From the IMG/VR virus record IMGVR_UViG_3300028400_000004, positions 1-64,000 of that record: DNA of 64,000 bases. The stretch is one strand, 5' to 3'. This document shows, piece by piece, positions 8,574 to 17,039 of this stretch. This DNA comes from a virus. The notes below the pieces were generated by a model that was not told the DNA's origin, did not search any database, and saw only the letters and a list, made by a program, of their open reading frames with translations. A program made the translations under genes and the position numbers. Each line of letters begins with the position of its first letter. Positions within the stretch are counted from its first letter, which is position 1.

Positions 8574-9156
8574 ATTGCCCACACTATCACCATATCCTTA
8601 TATTATTATATACTAATACCTAACCAATTCTTAGACTCATTCTAATTCTCACCTAAAATTCCCCCATATTTTACCCTATTTTTGTATTTTATAACTCCAT
8701 AAAATCCAGTAATAATGCGGCTTCCAGCATTATTATTTGCTTATTTTTTAATATTTTTCTATATACGCGCTTAACGCGCAATAATAATAAATCACCAAAA
8801 ACCCAACTTTCCTATATACGAAAAAACTCGGCTGTTGGATTTTTAACTTATCTTTTTGGATGGCCAAGAATCGCATAAAAATGCGCCTTTCAGCGCGCAT
8901 AACTTTCCATTTTTGCGCTTTATTGCGCATCAATGCGCGTATGCACTAAAAACACAAAAAAGCATAATGGCACAGAACGTGCAATATGCATGAATCGTAC
9001 CAGCATAATATGCCGATATGCTAATATAGCGCCTCAGATAACGCCTGAGCGCCAAAGGCGCGCAACATGGCATACCCTATGCATACATGCATGAAATGCG
9101 CCAGAATCGCACCACAGGCGCGTGTAGGACCATATAATAATATAATGGTATGCTAA

Positions 9157-9172
9157 TGTTTCACGTGGAACA
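9157..9172. promoter_or_regulatory. parS: parS site (chromosomal ParB-binding consensus)
   Basis: TGTTTCACGTGGAACA, matching the 16-bp bacterial parS consensus TGTTNCACGTGAAACA on the reverse strand. Confidence 0.8.
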
Positions 9173-9194
9173 AGAGAAGGGGAGAGAATGGTGT

Positions 9195-9228
9195 CTAGTG
9201 TGGCCAGGTGGCTAGTGTGGCCAGGTGG
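9195..9228 (+). repeat. 17-bp perfect tandem duplication
   Basis: CTAGTGTGGCCAGGTGG x2, just before a G10 run at 9248-9257. Confidence 0.85.
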
Positions 9229-9566
9229 CGAGCGCCTACACGTCCCAGGGGGGGGGGCAATCGGCGCGTGTGGGGTGGCGCGGAAATTGCAATATAAGGA
9301 CAAATATTCTGGCCTCATTTTTTCATTTGAAAATATATTAAGTATTAATATTCTAATCTAATATGGCCAAAATATCATGACATCATTTTTTCATTTGGAA
9401 TTATAAAGAATTTCTTGGTCTTGTTTTTTCATTTGGGATTTACTGGCTTACTATAGGCTGGTTTTTAATTAAGCCAATGTATTCCATCCTTATTATTTTG
9501 TAATAGTTTGTTACTTATCTAATCTAAAATAAGATATTATTATACCTTTTATTTGAGTTAATATAC

Positions 9567-10082
9567 TTATATATTCAATTCTTCCATTTTATTTTTTATT
9601 TGTTTAGCTAGATATAAAAAGTGATTAGTGCTTATACATGGTTTTTTGTTTTCAAAAATGAAATTGAATAAAACATTTATAGCTACCGTTTTATGATAGC
9701 CTATACCATTACTACAGTTATTTATGTTTAATAAACTGAGTGTTGTTATGAGGACGTTATATTTGTCTATTTAGCTGAGTTTAATATCGCGATATAGTTT
9801 ATGCGTATATAATTTTATGTAGGTCCCTACTTACATATTATTTATTTTTATGTAATTGTTTTTGCCATAGGTAGGGCAGAAGCTAATAAAAGTATTTCGG
9901 TTGATAAGTATTTTCTGTGGTAAAGTGCTATTTAATATAGTAATTTCCTTTGTTATACTGTTCAATATAGTAGGCTCTGTTCTATCTAACAATACTTTAT
10001 AATAATATAAGTCTTTGTATAGATTGTAAATAGTATTTAGACTGGTTTTATTTAGGTTTGGTATGAAAAGATTTGTATCCAT
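9567..10082 (-). pseudogene. paralog-family member 1, broken by two in-frame TAA
   Basis: Frame continues past TAA at 9831-9833 and 9771-9773 with family C-terminal motifs (LITTLSLLNI, IKNKMEELNI) to TAA at 9567. Confidence 0.7.
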
Positions 10083-10084
10083 TG

Positions 10085-10567
10085 TTAGCTGATTAATGGC
10101 TTTCCATACATTATAGTGTGTAGGGTGTTTATTTTTTGTTTGAAGGATTCAGCCGCAAATATATAATAAGATGAGGTCGGAGGCATTTTGGTTAAATAGA
10201 TATATAATAGTAATGAAGATAATGGATAATAACGAAAAGTCTTATCTTGTTTAAGATTAAGCAATGATATGCTTATTATATAAAGAAATGCAAATCTGTT
10301 TGGTTTTGTAAATATCTCAAATGTATCTATAGAATAATTATATAATTCTGTGTATATAAAACACAAAGAAGGCACTATATGTAATCTGCCGTCACTTACA
10401 TAATAAGAAATGTTTTTATCATAAGATAGTGTCCTCAATTTTTTGATGAATAATGTGGTTAAGGGCCTTGGAAAATTGTCTGTTAATTCTTGGTAGTTAT
10501 TTATGTCATTATATAATTCGTATAACTCATGTAGTTCTGATTTGGTAGGTGTATAGTCAATAAACAT
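10085..10567 (-). CDS. paralog-family member 2 (unknown function)
   Basis: MFID...LYELYNDINNY...ISISLLNLK...KQKINTLHTI. Confidence 0.75.
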   Translation of the reverse strand: MFIDYTPTKSELHELYELYNDINNYQELTDNFPRPLTTLFIKKLRTLSYDKNISYYVSDGRLHIVPSLCFIYTELYNYSIDTFEIFTKPNRFAFLYIISISLLNLKQDKTFRYYPLSSLLLYIYLTKMPPTSSYYIFAAESFKQKINTLHTIMYGKPLIS

Positions 10568-11075
10568 TTAATGTCTCATTAAATAATAAATTTAGCTGAC
10601 GGATTTTGTTTTTAAATGCATTAAATATTATACTAGTACAAGTAGATTGCCTTATACTATAATTTATGTTGTTTGCTTTATATGTTCTTTCTAATAAAGC
10701 GTACTCATTAAATATGATAACATCGTTTGCTATTTTACTTTGGGTATGGGTATATTCAAACAAACAAGTTGTAAGCATGTATAAAAATTGGAATTTTAAA
10801 TCTTTTTCATGTGAAAGCCTTTCCCAATTTATAATTGTATAAGCATTTAATTCTTTTATGTATATAAAATTTCTATGATAAAGATTGAAAACTATAATGT
10901 CATCCCTTAAATATAAAGGATCGCCATGCATTGTAGTATTTAATTGTTTTAGCTTGTTTGATAGAATTTTGATGAGTTTTTCATTATAAGTGTCCATAAG
11001 ATAATAGTATTTAAATATATCATTATAAATACTATAAATTTTAGGTATGTCGTCCTTATTGAAATCCACGAACAT
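10557..11075 (-). CDS. paralog-family member 3
   Basis: MFVD...IYSIYNDIFKYYYL...LTTCLF...KNKIRQL. Confidence 0.75.
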   Translation of the reverse strand: MFVDFNKDDIPKIYSIYNDIFKYYYLMDTYNEKLIKILSNKLKQLNTTMHGDPLYLRDDIIVFNLYHRNFIYIKELNAYTIINWERLSHEKDLKFQFLYMLTTCLFEYTHTQSKIANDVIIFNEYALLERTYKANNINYSIRQSTCTSIIFNAFKNKIRQLNLLFNETLNVY

Positions 11076-11076
11076 T

Positions 11077-11307
11077 TTATTTGTTGAACGACAATGTAAC
11101 GCAAATTACACCACAATTTGTGGCAACCGTATGAATCCTAGAGACGCCGAATACGACGAAATCTCGTTTTTCCCTAGAATTTTCAGTGCAATAACAACTA
11201 TTTACCATGTCATAATAAAAAAGTTTGTTGCCGTAACCAACAAAATCACAAAAAGGATCGCGATCATTACAGGCAAATTCTGTATAAATCTGTAATGGAA
11301 ATAACAT
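11077..11307 (-). CDS. hypothetical protein
   Basis: 76 aa, AGGA RBS, fills the operon gap. Confidence 0.5.
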   Translation of the reverse strand: MLFPLQIYTEFACNDRDPFCDFVGYGNKLFYYDMVNSCYCTENSREKRDFVVFGVSRIHTVATNCGVICVTLSFNK

Positions 11308-11325
11308 AACTTCCTTTTTGAAACC

Positions 11326-11559
11326 TTAAATTCCTATAAACCACGCATCATCATGAGCACCTATCCCGAATAGAAACTTATGTATTATAACTTCCTTTAC
11401 GTTAAATTGTTTGTTCAATTCTAAAAGAAAAGTATCAGAAAAATCTAAAACACTGATGGCAGGATTATCTTGAAATGGCTTTTTGTGTGTCCGTAATTGT
11501 ATTTCTGTGTCTGACAAGTAATCAACTAGGGCTTGGTAAATATCTTTATAGTTTTCCAT
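11326..11559 (-). CDS. hypothetical protein
   Basis: 77 aa, AGGAG RBS. Confidence 0.65.
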   Translation of the reverse strand: MENYKDIYQALVDYLSDTEIQLRTHKKPFQDNPAISVLDFSDTFLLELNKQFNVKEVIIHKFLFGIGAHDDAWFIGI

Positions 11560-11588
11560 ATATTGGCTCCTAAAGAAGTAATAAGAAA

Positions 11589-12131
11589 TTATTTACTGTA
11601 CATGATTGATTTTAATTCGGTTATTTTTCTTTTTATATTTTTATACATGAAATCGTAATAAACATCAGCCGGCATAGTTAAATAATGATCAAAAACAATT
11701 TTATATAACCTATAAGAATCTACTGGATAAAATTCTTTTTTTGGATACTCTGAATCTTTTTTTATATCAAGTAAGCACATTGATAATATAAAGAAGAAAT
11801 AATTATCAAGTTCACTTTTATTTATACTTGTAAATAAATAATGGCCATCTATTCTTATACCAGTATCGTAGTATTCTACATGTTTTGAAAGGAAAGTTGG
11901 CGCAAAATAGACACTATCATTCGATATTATTAGTATATCACGATGCAAATTTGCATTTAATGTGGTAATATCTGTTAATAGTGTATCCACCAACACTCTA
12001 TTTTGTCCGTTAAGTAGGGTTTGGTAATTATATAAATCTATAAATTTGTTATATAACTCAATAATTTGTTTTTTCGTCGGTAATGTGTCTATAAAAATGT
12101 CTTTAGGGGTCATTGGTTTAATCCTAAACAA
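11589..12131 (-). CDS. paralog-family member 4
   Basis: FIDTLPTK...LYNKFIDLYNY...YFAPT...LSMCLLDIK...KRKITELKSI. Confidence 0.75.
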   Translation of the reverse strand: MFRIKPMTPKDIFIDTLPTKKQIIELYNKFIDLYNYQTLLNGQNRVLVDTLLTDITTLNANLHRDILIISNDSVYFAPTFLSKHVEYYDTGIRIDGHYLFTSINKSELDNYFFFILSMCLLDIKKDSEYPKKEFYPVDSYRLYKIVFDHYLTMPADVYYDFMYKNIKRKITELKSIMYSK

Positions 12132-12808
12132 TCAATCACTGAACGCAAGTGTGATAAGTGCCGTTGCCGCCACAATTGGAACTTGTCCGTTTCCAATGCA
12201 GCGAAATCTATCCATCCTATGGGCCATCCCATTAACCATTCTTCCGTTTCTGGGATTCTCCGCCCAAACACTTTGGTATGATTTTTGCAACTTTTCCATT
12301 TCTGCATAGATGGTGCATTGTAATTTGCTTTTGTCGTCGGCGTATGCAAGTAACCAATATCTTCTCCGAACGTGGTCACTACCCAAGTCTTTCGCGGAAA
12401 GGGAAATACCTTGGACTTTGTAACCCAGCCCAGCCAAATCCCTTCCTGCATGTTCAATCGCGTTCTTGCTGACATTTTCAGCAAAGACATACCATGGGGC
12501 GACTTCTCGTACGATTCGGAGCATTTCTGGCCACAAGTCTTCTGCAACTTTTCTGCCTCTACTTGCACTAGAAAATGCCTGGCACGGATAACCGCCCGAA
12601 ATGATATCCACAAGTCCTTCCCAACGTCTTCCATCAAATTCTTTGACATTTTCAAAGATTGGGAAAGGTGGCAAATGGCCTTCGTTTTGCCGCATAAGCA
12701 CAATGTTCCTGGCGTATTCGTTGATTTCAACACCGCATACTGGATGGATACCGACCAATGTGGAGGCCAAAATGCCTCCACCGCAGCCTGTGAAAAGTGA
12801 TAGTTCAT
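12110..12808 (-). CDS. overlapping alternative-frame C5-MTase beta polypeptide (M.EcoHK31I-type); true start probably internal (about 12634-12649)
   Basis: Open frame across the whole MTase encodes motif IX-like RIPETEEWLMGWPIGW, which is missing from alpha. Confidence 0.65.
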   Translation of the reverse strand: MNYHFSQAAVEAFWPPHWSVSIQYAVLKSTNTPGTLCLCGKTKAICHLSQSLKMSKNLMEDVGKDLWISFRAVIRARHFLVQVEAEKLQKTCGQKCSESYEKSPHGMSLLKMSARTRLNMQEGIWLGWVTKSKVFPFPRKTWVVTTFGEDIGYLHTPTTKANYNAPSMQKWKSCKNHTKVFGRRIPETEEWLMGWPIGWIDFAALETDKFQLWRQRHLSHLRSVIDCLGLNQ

Positions 12809-12812
12809 TCAT
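12132..12812 (-). CDS. DNA (cytosine-5) methyltransferase, alpha polypeptide lacking motif IX
   Basis: Motifs I (LFTGCGG), IV (GGYPCQ), VI (ENV), VIII (HVRRR) and X (GNGQVP); only 226 aa. Confidence 0.88.
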   Translation of the reverse strand: MNELSLFTGCGGGILASTLVGIHPVCGVEINEYARNIVLMRQNEGHLPPFPIFENVKEFDGRRWEGLVDIISGGYPCQAFSSASRGRKVAEDLWPEMLRIVREVAPWYVFAENVSKNAIEHAGRDLAGLGYKVQGISLSAKDLGSDHVRRRYWLLAYADDKSKLQCTIYAEMEKLQKSYQSVWAENPRNGRMVNGMAHRMDRFRCIGNGQVPIVAATALITLAFSD

Positions 12813-12827
12813 TTGCTCTCCTTTATC

Positions 12828-13616
12828 TTATATAAATAATTTTTTCATCGCAGCTTGTTGCTGTCTTTTAGTCAAATCATCGATAGAGACTAAGCTTGAA
12901 CCATTATTATATAGAATATAACGCAAGGAAGGTTTTACATACTTTATATCATATTCCCCATATAAAAACTTACAATTATCAACTACATAATGGTCTAGGT
13001 TTACTTTAGATTTTTTTATTAAAGTATTTAATTGCCTTTTGTAAAAATCATTAAAAAATGAGGGGCTATAATGCGAAGATAATAATTCTTCATTATCCAA
13101 AATACTTAAATAATAAGTACTAGTATAAACCTTTCTATATATATTTTTATCAGCCAAACTTAAGAATAAAAATGTATATAAGTCATATTTATTTATTTTA
13201 TTATCAAAAAACGAATAAGAAAAAGCTGTTGTATTTACCAGACAAACAAAAAATGCTTTTCTCATTTTTTGCTTTTTTAACAAGTCTTTATATCTATTTT
13301 TATTATAAAACAGTGCATACAAAAGTAATATATACTTATTATACTCAGAATACATTTTAACTTTATTAGAAATTATAAGCCTCAAATACATCTCCAAATC
13401 AAAAGTATTCAAAAATTCAACAAATATTTCATAATATTCTTGTTTATTGTATCCATCCCTGTATAAAATGCAAAAAGGCTCATTTTTAATTGTTTTTTTA
13501 AACTCAAAAATGTCTAGTTTGTTCGTATTTAAACAAAAATGCATCTTCGCGATTTCTTTACGAACGTTTCTATCATTCACACAAAATAAAAAATTTGATA
13601 GTCTGAAAGTACACAT
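12828..13616 (-). CDS. hypothetical protein
   Basis: 262 aa AT-rich ORF in operon. Confidence 0.6.
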   Translation of the reverse strand: MCTFRLSNFLFCVNDRNVRKEIAKMHFCLNTNKLDIFEFKKTIKNEPFCILYRDGYNKQEYYEIFVEFLNTFDLEMYLRLIISNKVKMYSEYNKYILLLYALFYNKNRYKDLLKKQKMRKAFFVCLVNTTAFSYSFFDNKINKYDLYTFLFLSLADKNIYRKVYTSTYYLSILDNEELLSSHYSPSFFNDFYKRQLNTLIKKSKVNLDHYVVDNCKFLYGEYDIKYVKPSLRYILYNNGSSLVSIDDLTKRQQQAAMKKLFI

Positions 13617-13641
13617 AAAAGCTCCTTAAAATATTGTCACA

Positions 13642-14139
13642 TCAACTAACAACAATCGAATGTAATTGCTCTATTTTATATTTTATCAACTCAGCAAACC
13701 CCGTATAGTAACTGTTTTTATCATTCATAAATATAATTAGATAAATAAGATTAAAAGAAGTGGGGCGGGCAACTTGAACACCTTTCTCTGATTTTATATC
13801 CAATAAACAAATGGAAGTCAATAGAAGAAAAGTGTTGATATAAGGCTGGCTAAAACGTTCATTATAATAATATAAATTTGTATAAAGTATGCTTGAATAC
13901 TTATTACCATTATATACAATAAGATTAAGCCCAATGGTAGGGCTAAAATATAATATGTTGTTCTGGATTATTAAAACGTTTTTTGGTAATTTATTATTTA
14001 TGCTTCTTAAAGAAGCAATTAAATCATCTACTAAGCCTTTGTTATACACCCCTACAAGTAAATAATATTCATAAATATTAACAAATAGCTGGTATGCAAA
14101 GTCTAAGTGTTCTTTGTCTGGCAACTTATCCATAAACAT
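13642..14139 (-). CDS. paralog-family member 5
   Basis: MFMDKLPDK...AYQLFVNIYEYYLL...YFSPT...TSICLLDIK...KYKIEQLHSI. Confidence 0.75.
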   Translation of the reverse strand: MFMDKLPDKEHLDFAYQLFVNIYEYYLLVGVYNKGLVDDLIASLRSINNKLPKNVLIIQNNILYFSPTIGLNLIVYNGNKYSSILYTNLYYYNERFSQPYINTFLLLTSICLLDIKSEKGVQVARPTSFNLIYLIIFMNDKNSYYTGFAELIKYKIEQLHSIVVS

Positions 14140-14660
14140 TATAAAAGTTCATTATAAATTTTATATATTTTAGGTTTTACTATATTAACTATTTTATGGT
14201 ATAATGTGTTGCTACAACTAGTAACTTTAGTTAAATGATCTATCAAAAAACTAATACTTATAATTTTATAATCAACATTTTTATTTCTAATAACCATACA
14301 AGACGAAAAATAAAGTAATATTGCGAACTCAAGTTTTATATCTTTACAGCGAAATCCTTGACAAAAATAATCAGAAAACGCTATATAAATATTATCCTCT
14401 TTTAGATTTACATAAGCATTACCATCAAAAGTTATATTGAAAAAGAGATTATTATTGGATTCATATAATACAAAAGGAGAAATTATAGAATCATTCATTT
14501 CCATTAGTATTTTATTAAACTTTAATAATAGTTCTGATGAATAAACTTCAAGTATTTCCCGATATTTATGAATATCAACATACAGCTTGCATAATTCCTC
14601 TATATAATAGTTATTTACATCAATATTCGAACTCATAATAAAATCTCTATAAAAAATCAA
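14139..14660 (-). CDS. paralog-family member 6
   Basis: LCKLYVDIHKYREIL...FFNIT...FSSCMVI...KPKIYKI. Confidence 0.7.
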   Translation of the reverse strand: MIFYRDFIMSSNIDVNNYYIEELCKLYVDIHKYREILEVYSSELLLKFNKILMEMNDSIISPFVLYESNNNLFFNITFDGNAYVNLKEDNIYIAFSDYFCQGFRCKDIKLEFAILLYFSSCMVIRNKNVDYKIISISFLIDHLTKVTSCSNTLYHKIVNIVKPKIYKIYNELL

Positions 14661-14661
14661 A

Positions 14662-15228
14662 TCAAAAATACTTTGTTATATTGAACAAACATTTATACAT
14701 ATGAGTAAATTCCCTCAATATTTCTTTAGGAATATATCTATCATATTGTTTATTAAAAACGATTGACTTATATATAAGATTAAAAAATAACTCTCCTTCT
14801 CCAAATATAATATCTCTTTTAAGTGTTTTTCTTTCTTTATAATACTTACATAAAGATATGACCAAAATAAACGGAAATTCATATACAATGTCTCTTATTT
14901 TTCCTTGTTCATATACAATAGTACTATATCCATAAACTTTATAATATGTAGCATCGTACCTAAAAAGACTATAAAGAATTTTAGTGGAAAGACTTAAACA
15001 ATTAATCCCATTTGTCTCATAAGTAACACATTCCATACCAAACACATTATTGTAATAATTAAAACTGTCCAACAACTTATTATCTACATCATTCGTTAAA
15101 ATATAATAATTATACAACGCTAGATAAGCATTATACATTTCCTTTATAAAGGAAATGTCTTCAACAAGTTCTATCTTTTTCTTATCAATCCAATCATTTT
15201 CTGCCAGTCGATCCAAATCCATTTTCAT
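14662..15228 (-). CDS. paralog-family member 7 (divergent)
   Basis: MYNAYLALYNYYIL...NKLL...FILVISLC. Confidence 0.65.
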   Translation of the reverse strand: MKMDLDRLAENDWIDKKKIELVEDISFIKEMYNAYLALYNYYILTNDVDNKLLDSFNYYNNVFGMECVTYETNGINCLSLSTKILYSLFRYDATYYKVYGYSTIVYEQGKIRDIVYEFPFILVISLCKYYKERKTLKRDIIFGEGELFFNLIYKSIVFNKQYDRYIPKEILREFTHMYKCLFNITKYF

Positions 15229-15670
15229 TCCTTCCAGTTTTGATACCCTTAGCCATGTTTTTCAAAATTTTAATTTCTGGGATAATAACAGGCATAAATA
15301 AAATTTGACAAACGCGCTCATTATGCTCCAATTCATATGCCTTATCACTTGTATTTACTAATGTAACATACACAACGCCATGATAGTCACTATCAATAAC
15401 ACCAATTTGGTTTCTTAGTTGAATACCATGCTTAGCGCTAATACCAGAACGCATGGTAACAATACCGACGATATTTGGGTTTCTAATATAAAACTTCCAA
15501 CCAGTAGAAAATTTTTTAACTTCTCCAGGCTCTAAATAGTACTTAAATAAACCTTCTCTCAGTAAATCCACCCTAAGGTCAAATCCTGCGGACCCATCCG
15601 TAGCCCGCTTTGGCATAGAAGTATCTCCATCTTTCTGAATATGAACGACTGCCTGTAAATCTTCTAACAT
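15194..15670 (-). CDS. dut: trimeric dUTPase
   Basis: GSAGFDL, RSG, GVIDSDYHG, RVCQ and RNENGFGSTG (motifs I-V). Confidence 0.95.
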   Translation of the reverse strand: MLEDLQAVVHIQKDGDTSMPKRATDGSAGFDLRVDLLREGLFKYYLEPGEVKKFSTGWKFYIRNPNIVGIVTMRSGISAKHGIQLRNQIGVIDSDYHGVVYVTLVNTSDKAYELEHNERVCQILFMPVIIPEIKILKNMAKGIKTGRNENGFGSTGRK

Positions 15671-15680
15671 TTTTACCTCT

Positions 15681-16172
15681 TTATTGAATCAATTTATCTT
15701 TTAACAGAATATAAATAGGAATATCCGCTTCTTTACATATTTTATATGTTTTTTGCAAGGATTCATTCCATCTGGAAAACCTTTTATTCATAACAATGAA
15801 GTCTTGATGCACTACTATACCAGAAATTCCGGCAGTAATCAACTGTACACAGCACCTAATGCACGGCGGCATTGGGTATAAATAAAGCCAAGTACTCCTA
15901 ACATCTTTATGGGCATTGAGTACAGCATTGATTTCTGCATGTATAATTAAATCATATTTAACACTTCGATCATTATATCTATCATCATCTTTTATATTTG
16001 GGGGAAACCCATTATATCCAAACGAATAGAACTCTTTGCCTTTGGCTAATACTGCACCTACTTGCGTACTGGGGTCTTTAGACCAGCTTGACACATGCTT
16101 TGCTAATTCAACCCATCTACTATGCCATTTTATTTCGTTTGACAAGACAATGGTCTCCGTGATTTTTGCCAA
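15681..16172 (-). CDS. dCMP deaminase
   Basis: SKDPSTQVGA, GYNGFP, HAEINA, PCIRC. Confidence 0.93.
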   Translation of the reverse strand: MAKITETIVLSNEIKWHSRWVELAKHVSSWSKDPSTQVGAVLAKGKEFYSFGYNGFPPNIKDDDRYNDRSVKYDLIIHAEINAVLNAHKDVRSTWLYLYPMPPCIRCCVQLITAGISGIVVHQDFIVMNKRFSRWNESLQKTYKICKEADIPIYILLKDKLIQ

Positions 16173-16954
16173 TTTTTTATAATACTATCCCATTCTTTTA
16201 ATGTAGTGTCTCTATTCGATTTCCAAATAAAAGGATTATTCCAATTAAAATAAACAAACATAATTACGACTTCCTCCATCTCTGGCTGACCTACTACTTT
16301 ATAATACCAAATCATTTCGTCAAGTACGCAAATACGGGTCATTTTATCTATATTACATAACTTGCGTCGGCATTGTGCTATATATTTATCCGTATTTTTT
16401 ATATAATTGTGCATATACAATTCAACTTCTAAACCGTTCTTTATTACTATATCATCATTAATAGTTTTTAATTTTTCTACAATACTATCCATGTTGAAAT
16501 TTGTTAAATAATATTCTCGCATTAACTTAGTCTTCGTATATCCAACATATAGTAAACAAGCAAAATATTCTATTTCTTTTTCTTCTAATATAAATGTCTT
16601 GTGTAAATGCTGGTTAAAGAACTCTATTAGTATGTCTATTGTCCCTTCCGCTAATCCTTCTTCTTTCTCTATAATGTCATTATCTTCTTTTTTATTATAT
16701 ATACGATAGGCTATTCTTCTTATCTGTAAATTAGATAAAGATAGATTATTTACTAATTTTTTAGTTTCTGGATCATTCAAATCTATATGCGTCTTTACCT
16801 TATAATTTGGATCAATACTTTTTATTTTCTGCTGTACATAAGGTCTATTTATGTTCAAGGCTTTGGCAATATAACTGTATGGATATTTTTTTTGCATTAA
16901 CTGTTTTAGTAATATATATTTCTTATCGTCCCAAATAATACGTTTTTTTGTCAT
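16130..16954 (-). CDS. protein with N-terminal GcrA/Myb-like HTH
   Basis: WDDKKYILLKQL...YSYIAKAL-NINRPYVQQKI resembles WTDERVETLKKL...ASQIAKQLG-VTRNAVIGKV. Confidence 0.55.
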   Translation of the reverse strand: MTKKRIIWDDKKYILLKQLMQKKYPYSYIAKALNINRPYVQQKIKSIDPNYKVKTHIDLNDPETKKLVNNLSLSNLQIRRIAYRIYNKKEDNDIIEKEEGLAEGTIDILIEFFNQHLHKTFILEEKEIEYFACLLYVGYTKTKLMREYYLTNFNMDSIVEKLKTINDDIVIKNGLEVELYMHNYIKNTDKYIAQCRRKLCNIDKMTRICVLDEMIWYYKVVGQPEMEEVVIMFVYFNWNNPFIWKSNRDTTLKEWDSIIKNWQKSRRPLSCQTK

Positions 16955-16981
16955 ATAGACACCGTTAGTTTATTAACAAGT

Positions 16982-17010
16982 TTGACATTAAATAATTTTA
17001 CTGATAAAAC
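16982..17010 (+). promoter_or_regulatory. putative promoter of the head operon
   Basis: TTGACA-N17-TAAAAC with extended TG. Confidence 0.45.
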
Positions 17011-17039
17011 CTTTTTATAAAACCCTAGGGCATAGTATA

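Larger units (their letters stand above)
5173..9291. repeat. dispersed array of about 16 sigma54 -24/-12 boxes (TGGCAYR-N4-DTGCW)
   Basis: GG-N10-GC boxes at 5228, 5353, 6059, 6113, 6567, 7031, 7804, 7864, 7969, 8014, 8968, 9068, 9276 (+) and 7989, 8987, 9088 (-); near-matches at 5173 and 5408. Confidence 0.8.

Noticed and set aside
9195-9257. Chi or KOPS sites
   Set aside because: GCCAGGTGG is not GCTGGTGG and the G-run is not GGGNAGGG; host motifs are unknown
7260-9318. Alternative ORFs overlapping the GC-rich cassettes and ORFs 7940-8125, 8748-8933, 9034-9318
   Set aside because: No RBS or promoter-terminator framing; expected by-products of high GC or of the motif arrays
9567-10082. Stop-codon reassignment
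   Set aside because: TAA terminates many intact genes here and long genes are uninterrupted in code 11
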